Origin: an uncultured Pelagibacteraceae bacterium
Lineage (GTDB): Bacteria; Pseudomonadota; Alphaproteobacteria; Pelagibacterales; Pelagibacteraceae
DNA: 64,000 nucleotides
Direction: 5' to 3'
Assembly (NCBI GenBank): GCA_902521885.1
Contig: CABYTJ010000001.1
Span: forward strand, 16,951 to 80,950
Below the pieces are notes generated by a model. That model made no database searches. It was not told the DNA's origin and saw nothing but the letters and a program-made list of their open reading frames with translations. Positions within the stretch are counted from its first letter, which is position 1; each line of letters begins with the position of its first letter. This document shows, piece after piece, positions 8,711 through 18,222 of the stretch. The translations under genes and the position numbers were made by a program.

Positions 8711-9931
8711 ATGAGTGAATTTTCCCAGAATGGAATAATTTCTACCTTACACGACTTTGGTACAAGGTCGACAAATGAAATTGAAAAAGATCTTCTTAAA
8801 TTTTCTAAAGAAAGAAAAATGGAGTTAATTTTACCATGTCTTTATTCAGAATTAGAAGGTACCGCACTTCCCAATATAGTTGAAGAGATTAGTAAGACCA
8901 AATATTTGGACCATATCATTGTAGGTCTTGATAAGGCTAATGAAAACCAAGCAAAAAAAGCTTGGAAATTTTTTAAAAAATTAAAAACTCCTTTCTCAAT
9001 TCTTTGGAATGATGGGCTAGGTTTAAAAAAACTTGATAAAGAATTAAAGAAAAATGATCTGGCACCTAATGAATTGGGTAAAGGTCGAAATGTTTGGTAT
9101 TGTATTGGTATGTCAATAGCAAGAGACACAGCTCGTTCAGTAGCACTCCATGACTGTGATATAAAAACTTATGATAGAAGAATGTTGGCTAAACTTTTTT
9201 ATCCAGTAGTAAATCCTCTTTTTAACTTTGAATTTTGTAAAGGATATTATCCAAGAGTTGCTAATAATAAAATGAATGGAAGAGTTGCTAGATTACTTGT
9301 TTTTCCCTTATTAACGGCTTTAGAAAAAACCATTGGTAAAAGTGATTACTTAGAGTTTATGAAATCGTTTAAATATCCATTAGCTGGTGAGTTTTCATTT
9401 AGACGTAATGTTTTGCCTGAACTAAGAATATCCTCAGATTGGGGAATTGAAGTGGGAATTCTATCTGAAATGCAAAGAAGCTTCTCTCCTCAAAACATTT
9501 GTCAGGTAGATTTGGCTGATACTTATGATCACAAACACCAGGTATTGTCTATAGATGACGAAACTAAGGGTCTATCAAGAATGTCCATTGATATAATTAA
9601 AACATTTATTAAGAAATTAGCTACCCAAGGTAATTCATTCAGTAGAGAAAAATTTAGATCACTTAAGGCTACTTATTACAGATCTGCCTTAGATCTAATT
9701 GATATATATAGAAGTGACGCGGACATGAATGGATTAAAATTTGACTCACATACAGAGGAAAAAGCTGTAGAATTATTTGCAATTAATATAATGAAAGCTG
9801 GAGAAGCTTTTATATTAAATCCAATGGATACACCATTTATACCAACTTGGAGTAGAGTGAAGAGTGCTATACCAAATTTTCTAACCCGATTAAAAGAAAC
9901 AGTAAATGAAGATAACAAAAAATATAGCTAA
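8711..9931 (+). CDS. gpgS: Glucosyl-3-phosphoglycerate synthase
   Basis: GKGRNVW, HDCDI, KGYY, GRV.RL, YPLAGEF, DWGIE, YDHKHQ motifs; cluster context. Confidence 0.85.
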   Translation: MSEFSQNGIISTLHDFGTRSTNEIEKDLLKFSKERKMELILPCLYSELEGTALPNIVEEISKTKYLDHIIVGLDKANENQAKKAWKFFKKLKTPFSILWNDGLGLKKLDKELKKNDLAPNELGKGRNVWYCIGMSIARDTARSVALHDCDIKTYDRRMLAKLFYPVVNPLFNFEFCKGYYPRVANNKMNGRVARLLVFPLLTALEKTIGKSDYLEFMKSFKYPLAGEFSFRRNVLPELRISSDWGIEVGILSEMQRSFSPQNICQVDLADTYDHKHQVLSIDDETKGLSRMSIDIIKTFIKKLATQGNSFSREKFRSLKATYYRSALDLIDIYRSDADMNGLKFDSHTEEKAVELFAINIMKAGEAFILNPMDTPFIPTWSRVKSAIPNFLTRLKETVNEDNKKYS

Positions 9932-11658
9932 TGTTATCTCAGATAGATCAAAAAAAAATTAAATTTAAACTTAAAAATATATATAAGTATCACTTATCAG
10001 AAACTGAAATTAGTGAGTGTTACAAAGAAATAACCAAATTAATTAACAAATTTAATAAAAAAAAGAATAAAAAAAAAAAGATTATTTCAGAGAAAACATC
10101 AATTGTTATATGTTATGGAGATAGTGTTTTTTCAAGCTCACAAAGACACTTATTAAAAAATTTTCAAGGTTTTTTTCAAAAAAAATTAAGTAAATATTTT
10201 AATACAGTTCACTTTTTACCTTTTTATCCTTCAAGTAGTGATAGTGGTTTTGCAGTAAAAGACCATTACAAAATTGATAGTAGACTTGGTAATTGGTCAG
10301 ATATCACAAAGTTTTCAAAAAAAATTGATGTGATGGCAGATATAGTGATAAATCATTCATCAGCTAGAGGTCTGTGGTTCAAAAACTTTCTCAAAGAAAA
10401 AAAGCCTGGAAAAGATTATTTTTTAACAGTTAATTCTAATTTTAATGTGTCAAAAGTAATTAGACCTAGGGATCACAAATTACTTAAAAAAATTGATATT
10501 TTTAAAAAGCCAGAATATTTGTGGAGAACTTTCAGTCCAGATCAATTGGATATGAATTTTAAGAATCCCGCAGTTTTATTACGATTCATAAAGATTATGA
10601 TTAATCTTATAAATCACGGTGTAACAATCTTTAGATTAGATGCAATTGCATACCTTTGGAAAGAGAGCGGAACTAAATGTATAAACTTAAGAGAAACACA
10701 TGAAATAATAAAGCTTTTAAGAATAATTTGTAATTTTCTAAATGTTGAAAGTATTATTGTTACTGAAACAAATTTACCAGAAAAAGAAAATATAAGTTAT
10801 TTCGGAAATGCTGATGAAGCTAATTGGATTTATAATTTTTCTCTACCTCCCCTATTAATTTATAGTTTTTTATTTGAAAATAGCTCATACCTCAACAGTT
10901 GGAATAAGAATTTACCACAAACAAAAAAAGGAAATAGTTATCTAAATTTCATTGCTTCACATGATGGTATAGGGATGAGACCAGTTGAAGGTATTATTAA
11001 TGAAGATAACAAAAATAAGTTTCTTAAAAGACTAAAAAAAAATGGTTCAAAATTTTCATATAGGAAAGTTCAGAGTAAATCAAAAAAGGTTTATGAGGCA
11101 AATATTACTGTTTTTGATGCATTAAGAAAATCAGACAATGACCCAAAAGGTAAATTCTTTTTAGAGAGATTTATTTCTGCTCACTCGATTATGATTTCTT
11201 TTGAAGGAGTGCCAGCAATATATTTCAATTCACTTTTTGGAACCTCAAATGATAAAGCTAAATACATAATAACTGGAAATAAAAGAGATATAAATAGATA
11301 TAGATGGGGTCATCATAATATAATTAATAAACTTAAAGATAAAAAATCAAAGCAATGTATTTTTTATAAAAGTATTACTAATTTATTAGAGATAAGAAGA
11401 AAGCAAAAAGCTTTTCATCCAAATGGATTAAGATCTTATATAAATTTTGGACCTAAAATATTTGGTTTCAAAAGACAAAGTTTAGATAAAAGACAAATAA
11501 TTATTTGTGTAACTAATTTATCTTCTAAAAATCAATTTCCTAAAATAAATAAAAATTATATTCATTGGAAAAATCTTATAAATTCAAATAAAAAAATAAA
11601 AAAAACAAAATATTTACAACTCAAACCATTCGAAACGATGTGGTTATCAAATATTTGA
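9931..11658 (+). CDS. GH13_18 sugar phosphorylase, probably glucosylglycerate phosphorylase
   Basis: HFLPFYPSSSDSGF, WRTFSPDQ, RLDAIAY, TETN, ASHDGIG, YEANIT. Confidence 0.85.
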   Translation: MLSQIDQKKIKFKLKNIYKYHLSETEISECYKEITKLINKFNKKKNKKKKIISEKTSIVICYGDSVFSSSQRHLLKNFQGFFQKKLSKYFNTVHFLPFYPSSSDSGFAVKDHYKIDSRLGNWSDITKFSKKIDVMADIVINHSSARGLWFKNFLKEKKPGKDYFLTVNSNFNVSKVIRPRDHKLLKKIDIFKKPEYLWRTFSPDQLDMNFKNPAVLLRFIKIMINLINHGVTIFRLDAIAYLWKESGTKCINLRETHEIIKLLRIICNFLNVESIIVTETNLPEKENISYFGNADEANWIYNFSLPPLLIYSFLFENSSYLNSWNKNLPQTKKGNSYLNFIASHDGIGMRPVEGIINEDNKNKFLKRLKKNGSKFSYRKVQSKSKKVYEANITVFDALRKSDNDPKGKFFLERFISAHSIMISFEGVPAIYFNSLFGTSNDKAKYIITGNKRDINRYRWGHHNIINKLKDKKSKQCIFYKSITNLLEIRRKQKAFHPNGLRSYINFGPKIFGFKRQSLDKRQIIICVTNLSSKNQFPKINKNYIHWKNLINSNKKIKKTKYLQLKPFETMWLSNI

Positions 11659-11688
11659 TGAGGATTGTTTTTTAATAAATATTAATAA

Positions 11689-12618
11689 TTATTTTCTTAC
11701 AATTTTGTAATTTTTTATAAACCATTCGACTGTTTTTTTTAATCCTTTTTCAAGATTATATTTTTCCTTAAATCCTGTTTTTTTTAAAATAGTTAAGTTT
11801 AGACGTCTTTTTTTAATAGGTTTATATTTACTTTTAACAAAATTTATTTTTTCATAGTTAAAAATGTAAGATAAAGTTTTTACTAAATAAGATATTGAAA
11901 CTTCTTTGTTAGAACCAATATTGATTATCTTTTTTTTATTTTTCAAAGATTTGTAAATAGCTTCTGCTGCATCTTCTGAATACATAAAGCAACGTAAATT
12001 ATTTCCATTACCCAAAATTTTTACTAATGATGATCTTTTTTTTGAGAGGTAAAACTTATGTATTAATGCTGGTATTACATGAGAAGACTCAATTTTGAAG
12101 TTATCATTTATTCCATAAAGATTATTCATTATAAAGTATTTAAACTTAAATTCTTTGTTTTTAATTGAATTTAGTTGATAATACATAATACGCTTTGATA
12201 AACCGTATTCATATTCAGATTTATGGGGTTCACTATCTAAAAAATTTTTTTCAGAATATTTTGAGGAATTCTTTTTTTCAGGATACACAGCAGAACTGCT
12301 GATGAAATAAAATTTTTGAACTTTATATTTATTTGCAAGTAAAAGTATATTAGTATTAATCAATAAATTATCACTCAAAACTTTAAAACCATTAATAAAA
12401 TTTCCACTTATTCCATAAACTGCGTTAGCACAATGAAAAATAATCTTAGGTCTTTTTTTTTTAAAATAATTTTCAGATTTCTTTAAATCTAATAAATTGA
12501 GAACTTTTTTAGATGGTGATAATATTTTATTGTAATTTTTTTCAATTAATTTTCTTTTTATTGCTGATCCCAACAATCCTTTACTACCAGTGATTAGTAT
12601 ATTAGTATTTTTTTTCAA
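11689..12618 (-). CDS. GDP-L-fucose synthase-like extended SDR (epimerase Cys absent)
   Basis: TGSKGLLG, YGLSK, NLYG.ND, SHVIPALIHKF; SSAVYP in place of SSCIYP; TTG start. Confidence 0.8.
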   Translation of the reverse strand: MKKNTNILITGSKGLLGSAIKRKLIEKNYNKILSPSKKVLNLLDLKKSENYFKKKRPKIIFHCANAVYGISGNFINGFKVLSDNLLINTNILLLANKYKVQKFYFISSSAVYPEKKNSSKYSEKNFLDSEPHKSEYEYGLSKRIMYYQLNSIKNKEFKFKYFIMNNLYGINDNFKIESSHVIPALIHKFYLSKKRSSLVKILGNGNNLRCFMYSEDAAEAIYKSLKNKKKIINIGSNKEVSISYLVKTLSYIFNYEKINFVKSKYKPIKKRRLNLTILKKTGFKEKYNLEKGLKKTVEWFIKNYKIVRK

Positions 12619-12619
12619 T

Positions 12620-13534
12620 TTAAAAATGTTTAAGATATTGTTTATAAGCTAAAACTGATCTTTTAGAAAAAAATTTTTTGTAATTAAAAGATTTTTTGAT
12701 AATCCTATCAATTAAAGTAGGAGTGTATTTTAATCCTATTAGTTCATCAGATAAATCTTTAGCAGCTGTATGAATATTCCTCTTTTGAATAACGCTAGAT
12801 TTATTGTAAATAACATTGATCTTCCTTCTATATTGTAGAAAATAACTTGCCCAAATATCATGCATTCTCCCTTGATCTGGAAATAAAAAATAGTCCTTAA
12901 GTAAATTCGAACTTAAAAAAGTATTTTGGCTATTAAAAGGTGAGATCTTTTTACTATGAAACGGAAAAATTTTTTTTTCAAATTTACATTTTGGTTTAAA
13001 TATAACTCTGGTGATAGCATCTATATCAGGATCTCCATCCCAAAAGTCTGCTTGAACATCAATCATTATTTTTTTCTTACCAACTAATTTTGCATTTCTT
13101 TGATCTAATAAATTAAGGGGAAATCCTCTATGCCATAAATTTTTGTATTTTGTTACACTTATCGGATCAAAGACAGGTGTTTTAACTTCATACGTGTTTA
13201 TAAACTTTTTTTTCCCAACAAGTAAATTTTTACCCCAATCTTTATATGGAATATTGTCATCATCAACTAACGCAATTATGTCCGCATTATGCTTTTTAGC
13301 TAATAAAATTCCAAAATTTCTTCTTTCAATACAATTCCATCCAATTAAATCTGAAAGTTTTTTGTCTATAAGATTTTGTTCTCTTTTATTTAAAAATATT
13401 CCATTTTTTAATTTGTAGTTTGTTGGGGTTTTTAAGTCTCCCACAACTATGAGTGTCCAATCTTTAATATTGTCGAACTTTTTTATAGCTTGAGTAGGTG
13501 GATTAATTGAAGTGCAGACAATAAACTTTTTCAT
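12620..13534 (-). CDS. STELLO/DUF288-like (GT75-related) glycosyltransferase-fold protein
   Basis: TSINPPT, VVGDLKTP, RRNFG, DDDN, WHRGFP, GDPDIDA, NSQNT, DIW motifs. Confidence 0.75.
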   Translation of the reverse strand: MKKFIVCTSINPPTQAIKKFDNIKDWTLIVVGDLKTPTNYKLKNGIFLNKREQNLIDKKLSDLIGWNCIERRNFGILLAKKHNADIIALVDDDNIPYKDWGKNLLVGKKKFINTYEVKTPVFDPISVTKYKNLWHRGFPLNLLDQRNAKLVGKKKIMIDVQADFWDGDPDIDAITRVIFKPKCKFEKKIFPFHSKKISPFNSQNTFLSSNLLKDYFLFPDQGRMHDIWASYFLQYRRKINVIYNKSSVIQKRNIHTAAKDLSDELIGLKYTPTLIDRIIKKSFNYKKFFSKRSVLAYKQYLKHF

Positions 13535-14265
13535 TTCTTAGTTTTATAACTTAAATAGATTGTAATTCCTATATAAACGTACCTGAAATAGTTTGAGAAT
13601 TGATTATAACTTTTTCCCTCAATTCTTTTTTTCCAATTTGAGTTGATTGATGTAATTTTAGCCCCTCTCATTATTGGTTTTAATACACTTTCCAATAAAA
13701 AACTATGATCTAACATTTTCCATTTTTCTTTTTTTAGATAAATACTAGGCATAAGTCTGAAACCAAATGTAAGATCATTACAATTTACGTTATAAATTAA
13801 AGAAAATATTCTTTGGAAAAAATAATTAAAAACCATTTTAATAAAGCCATAATCTTTGAAATAATTTTTTCCTCCACCCCATCTAGAAGCCTGGATAATA
13901 TGAGAAGGATACTTTCTAGATAACTTAATCATATTCTTAACAATATATGGATCAGTTTCTAAGTCTGACGACATTATTATTGCATGAGAGGTTTTAATCA
14001 TTTTAATTGAATCTATAAAAGCTCCACCAAGTTTGGGTCGACTTTGGAATAGAATCTTAATTTTTTTATTTTTTTTTGATAGTAATTTTACAAGTTCAAT
14101 ACTTCTTATTAATGATTTTTTCTTATCTAAAATTATTATTATTTGTTTTATTTCTCTTGAACTGTTTTTAAGTAAAATGTTTAGAGTTTTTATTAAACTT
14201 TTATATTCATCAATGACTGGCAATAAAATTGTTACTCTTTTAAATTTGATATTTTTAACATTCAT
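13531..14265 (-). CDS. GT2 glycosyltransferase (polyprenol-phosphate sugar synthase-like)
   Basis: LLPVIDE, SSDLETDP, ASRW, DLTFGFR, R.EGKS motifs of the DPM1-like class. Confidence 0.8.
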   Translation of the reverse strand: MNVKNIKFKRVTILLPVIDEYKSLIKTLNILLKNSSREIKQIIIILDKKKSLIRSIELVKLLSKKNKKIKILFQSRPKLGGAFIDSIKMIKTSHAIIMSSDLETDPYIVKNMIKLSRKYPSHIIQASRWGGGKNYFKDYGFIKMVFNYFFQRIFSLIYNVNCNDLTFGFRLMPSIYLKKEKWKMLDHSFLLESVLKPIMRGAKITSINSNWKKRIEGKSYNQFSNYFRYVYIGITIYLSYKTKK

Positions 14266-14288
14266 GATATTTGTTAATATATTAATTT

Positions 14289-15332
14289 ATGAAAATTAAA
14301 AGAAAAGTAGCTCTAATTACAGGGATTACTGGCCAGGATGGTTCTTTGATGGCAGAATATCTTTTAAAAAAAGGTTACATTGTTCATGGTATTAAAAGAA
14401 GAACATCAACATTAAATGCTACTGAAAGATTAGATAGAATCTACCAAGATAAATTTACAAAAAATAAAAAACTTTATCTTCACTATGGTGATGTAACTGA
14501 TGCTTTGAGTTGTTTAAAAATAATTTCAGAGACAAAACCAGATGAAATATACCATTTTGCAGCTCAAAGTCATGTTGCGATTAGTTTTGAAATGCCTGTT
14601 TACACAACTACTGTGGATAGTCTTGGAGCACTAAATATTTTAGAAATTATAAGAAACTTTAAAGGAAAAAAAATAAAATTCTATAACGCTGCTACATCAG
14701 AAATGTATGGGACTTTAAATGGTAAATCTCTAGATGAAAAATCAAATTTTAAGCCTCAAAGCCCTTATGCATCCTCAAAATTATTATCTTATTGGTTAAC
14801 AAGAAATTATAGAGATGCTTATAAAGTTTTTTCATGTAATGGAATTTTATTCAATCATGAGGGAGAGAATAGAGGTGAAACATTTGTTACAAGAAAAATA
14901 ACTAGATTTGTTGCCAAATATAATAAGTATAAATCTGGAATTTTATATTTAGGTAATCTATCTGCAAAAAGAGATTGGGGATATGCGCCAGATTATATGG
15001 AGGCAATATGGAAGATTTTACAATACAAAAAACCTGAGGATTTTGTAATAGCCACCAATACATCTTACAGTGTAAAAGATTTTTTAATTGAAGCTTTTAA
15101 TAATATTGGTGTGAAGCTAATATTTAAAGGTAGTGGAATAAATCAAGTTGCAATCAATAAAAAAAATAAAAAGATAGTTGTTAAATCAATTAAGTATTAT
15201 TATAGACCCAATGATGTTGAAAATTTAAAAGGTAATTATACAAAGGCTCGTAAACTCTTGAAATGGAAGCCAAAAACGAATTTTAAAAAATTAGTTAAAA
15301 TTATGGTTCAAAATGATATTAAAAATATTTAA
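14289..15332 (+). CDS. gmd: GDP-mannose 4,6-dehydratase
   Basis: ALITGITGQDGS, AQSHV, TSEMYG, SPYASSK, GILFNHE, FVTRKIT, LGNL.AKRDWG. Confidence 0.97.
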   Translation: MKIKRKVALITGITGQDGSLMAEYLLKKGYIVHGIKRRTSTLNATERLDRIYQDKFTKNKKLYLHYGDVTDALSCLKIISETKPDEIYHFAAQSHVAISFEMPVYTTTVDSLGALNILEIIRNFKGKKIKFYNAATSEMYGTLNGKSLDEKSNFKPQSPYASSKLLSYWLTRNYRDAYKVFSCNGILFNHEGENRGETFVTRKITRFVAKYNKYKSGILYLGNLSAKRDWGYAPDYMEAIWKILQYKKPEDFVIATNTSYSVKDFLIEAFNNIGVKLIFKGSGINQVAINKKNKKIVVKSIKYYYRPNDVENLKGNYTKARKLLKWKPKTNFKKLVKIMVQNDIKNI

Positions 15333-15403
15333 TATCTACAAAATAAAATATTCATCAATCTTCTTTTATAATTTTTTTCTTTTATAAATTTAATAACTGA
15401 GAA

Positions 15404-16882
15404 TTACAATTCACCAGGGTAACATTCTTTAATGTTAACAAGCATAAATATTTCATGGTTGATAAGATCATTACATTCAACTCTTAGCTTATCCTTTTTG
15501 ATAAGTATATGAGAATTGTATTCAATTTCTTGAATTTTTTTTAAACTTTTAAGCTGATCTTCATAAGTTTTACTACCATAAAAGTTATTTACTAAATTTA
15601 TTCTTAATTTCCATTCAATTAATTGGTCATATCTGAAGGCGTGATGTTTCCAATCTATAAAAATTGGTAAACCAGTATTCATTCGAATATAATCTAGATT
15701 AATAGGTATTATTATTCTTTCAATAGACGAAAAATTTTTTTTAATATCATTTACAAGTTTAAGTTTTTGATCAAATTTTGAGTTAATATCTTTTATATAA
15801 TGAGATTTTAGACCAAATAATAAACTTGTTATTATAATTAGACTTAAAGAAAATAATCTTAATTTTATACCCTCAAGTTTTATTTTGTTAATAAAGTAAG
15901 ACACTATAATTAACGAAGAAATTGGAATTATAAATACCGACGATCTCCAAGGAAATGTTAATGCAAGAGAGTTATTAATCAAAAAATATTGAGTTAAAGA
16001 TAAAAAGATTGAACAAAAGCCAAAAACACTAAATATAACAAAAAATTTAAAATTATTTCTTACTAAAAATAAGGCAAAAAAATAAATTAACAAAGAGATA
16101 ATGTCTTTATAAGTAAACCAATGATGTATATTTGCATGATGAGGAATTCTTTCTAGTAAGATTTTTTGACCAATTAAAACTAAATTTTTGTCAATCATTA
16201 TGAAATTAGTTATTATGAATATTGTAATAGGTAAAATAAGAATTATATAAAATATTATTGTCTTAAAAAAATCAAAATATTTTTTTGACATAATAAAATA
16301 TGTAAGAAATCCTAGAATTAAGAACCCCGTATGAAGAACATAGGTAGGATGAAAAGATGCTGCCAAACATATAAAAAAAATACTTAAAAAATTTTTTTTA
16401 ATTAAAAAAAGATAAATGCCTATAAAAATAAGTGTTCCAAAGCTAGCAGGTTGATATCCTACATCAATAACACTTTGACCGGCAACTCCAGAAAAAAAGC
16501 TATTTTCATGAAAAATAAATATAAAAATTGAAAACCAAATTATACAAAAATCTATATTTTCTATTTTTGGAAATAGATTTTTTGAAATAAGGAATAAAAA
16601 AAATGGACATATTCCTAATAAGATTGAGTGTATAACGTAAGCTCCATTTTTGGAAAAAAATTTTATTAAAAAATAGTTAAAATAACTAAATAGAGGTAAA
16701 TGATTTTCTTGGTTAGCAATCCAATCATTTTGTAATTTATTACTTTCAAAAAATTTAATTGAATGTATTAAGTGAGCTGCATTTCCCTTATAAAGATCAA
16801 ACTGCTGAACAGTTATTACAAATAATATACTTAAAATTAAATAAACAAGTATTGGATTTTTTTGATAAATTTTATCATTCAT
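15404..16882 (-). CDS. Polytopic membrane protein (DUF6798-like; possible GT-C/glycan assembly protein)
   Basis: Many hydrophobic segments; FHP, RIPHHA, FPWR and FIDWK motifs; adjacent to glycosylation genes. Confidence 0.55.
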   Translation of the reverse strand: MNDKIYQKNPILVYLILSILFVITVQQFDLYKGNAAHLIHSIKFFESNKLQNDWIANQENHLPLFSYFNYFLIKFFSKNGAYVIHSILLGICPFFLFLISKNLFPKIENIDFCIIWFSIFIFIFHENSFFSGVAGQSVIDVGYQPASFGTLIFIGIYLFLIKKNFLSIFFICLAASFHPTYVLHTGFLILGFLTYFIMSKKYFDFFKTIIFYIILILPITIFIITNFIMIDKNLVLIGQKILLERIPHHANIHHWFTYKDIISLLIYFFALFLVRNNFKFFVIFSVFGFCSIFLSLTQYFLINNSLALTFPWRSSVFIIPISSLIIVSYFINKIKLEGIKLRLFSLSLIIITSLLFGLKSHYIKDINSKFDQKLKLVNDIKKNFSSIERIIIPINLDYIRMNTGLPIFIDWKHHAFRYDQLIEWKLRINLVNNFYGSKTYEDQLKSLKKIQEIEYNSHILIKKDKLRVECNDLINHEIFMLVNIKECYPGEL

Positions 16883-16955
16883 TTGATTAAGGAAGTATCT
16901 TCTAAATATACTGTGTACTTACTTTAAAATAAATCAATTAAATAATTCTTGATAC

Positions 16956-16986
16956 AAAAAAAAAGGACCCCTAAGGGTCCTTTTTT
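16956..16986. terminator. Intrinsic terminator (bidirectional form) downstream of the OMP gene
   Basis: A9-GGACCC-CTAA-GGGTCC-T6: perfect stem with a U-tract on either strand. Confidence 0.9.
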
Positions 16987-17006
16987 AAAATTGTGTAATA
17001 TATAAC

Positions 17007-17645
17007 TTAAAACGCTTTAGCTACTGAAAGAGTAAACGTTTGAAATTCTACATCATTAGCTTTTTTAGTTTCTACTAAACCGTCAGCGTCAGTCGTTTTA
17101 ACTTCTACATCGTCAAATTCAGTTAAAGTCGCTTCTGCTCTAAATACTAATCCATTGTATTCACCAGTTTGAAAACCAATTCCAATCATTGGACCTTCTA
17201 ATGCGTCACTAAAAGACGTAATAGTCGTCGTTCCATTGCTTTGTTTAGCATTATCAATGTCTGCCTCTGAGTACCCTAATTTAGCGTAAACTGAACCACC
17301 ACCAACTTCTCTTGCAGCCAAAGCATAGATTGTTCTTAGATTGCCTACTTCAGCACTTGCATCTGTATTGTCAGTTGCAACTGAAATTGTTCCAGATAGT
17401 GGAACAAGTTCAAAACCCAAATTTAAAGGGCCGTCATTAATATTAAGCTCTCCAAAAATCGCACCATATAAATGATCAACGTTTTGTGTATCAGCAGCTT
17501 CATTTAAAGTAGCTGGTGTATTCACAATTGTCGCTCTTGTAGCCTCTAATTCACCATTACCAACTTTTAGACCAATAAGTCCACCAGCATAAGCTGAAGT
17601 GGTAAAAATAATCGAAGCGAACAATATCGATACTATTTTATTCAT
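17007..17645 (-). CDS. Outer-membrane beta-barrel protein
   Basis: Signal peptide ending SAYA, alternating beta strands (VYAKLGYS), C-terminal Phe (LSVAKAF). Confidence 0.8.
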   Translation of the reverse strand: MNKIVSILFASIIFTTSAYAGGLIGLKVGNGELEATRATIVNTPATLNEAADTQNVDHLYGAIFGELNINDGPLNLGFELVPLSGTISVATDNTDASAEVGNLRTIYALAAREVGGGSVYAKLGYSEADIDNAKQSNGTTTITSFSDALEGPMIGIGFQTGEYNGLVFRAEATLTEFDDVEVKTTDADGLVETKKANDVEFQTFTLSVAKAF

Positions 17646-17766
17646 ATTTAACCTTCTTTATTTAAATAATTAATTATTTACGTAATGAAAGCACCATAGT
17701 TAATTATGTTGATTCTACAAATTAAAAATCCTCTTTTATTTGGGATGAAAGCAAAAAAAACTTAAA

Positions 17767-17784
17767 TGTTGCAATAATACAACA
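17767..17784. promoter_or_regulatory. Inverted repeat TGTTG-N8-CAACA upstream of the OMP gene; candidate regulator site
   Basis: TGTTGCAATAATACAACA read directly, about 120 bp upstream of the OMP start. Confidence 0.45.
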
Positions 17785-17820
17785 AAAAAGTATTGATTTT
17801 ATTGAGATATTTAAAATACC

Positions 17821-18222
17821 TTAATTTCTAAGTGCCTCTAAAAGACATTTTTTATCAAGTTTGCAGTCATTATAACCCTTTTTGACAATATTTAAGTATC
17901 TCTCTGTAGGGTATTTAAAGGTAGTTTTGTTAACCATAGTATATGTCATTACTTTTTTGCCATAATAATAAAAATAATACTTTTTATAGAGAATTGGATA
18001 ATCCTCATAAATATCCAATTTTTTTTCATCACTTTTTGATATTTCAAACAGCCCTCCAACGACTTTAAAGTTTTTCTTAGGTTCAATGTCAGCAGCCCTA
18101 TACTTACTTCTAAAAGTTAATCTAAAATTGTTTAGGTTAATTTTTTTTAGGAAAACACTGTCTTTACACCTTCGTTTCATTTGAAAATGATTTAAATTAC
18201 TACCATAAGCAAAATAAAGCAT
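17821..18222 (-). CDS. Gamma-glutamylcyclotransferase family protein
   Basis: LYFAYGSNL, LD.YE, P...YL..V.KG motifs. Confidence 0.85.
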   Translation of the reverse strand: MLYFAYGSNLNHFQMKRRCKDSVFLKKINLNNFRLTFRSKYRAADIEPKKNFKVVGGLFEISKSDEKKLDIYEDYPILYKKYYFYYYGKKVMTYTMVNKTTFKYPTERYLNIVKKGYNDCKLDKKCLLEALRN

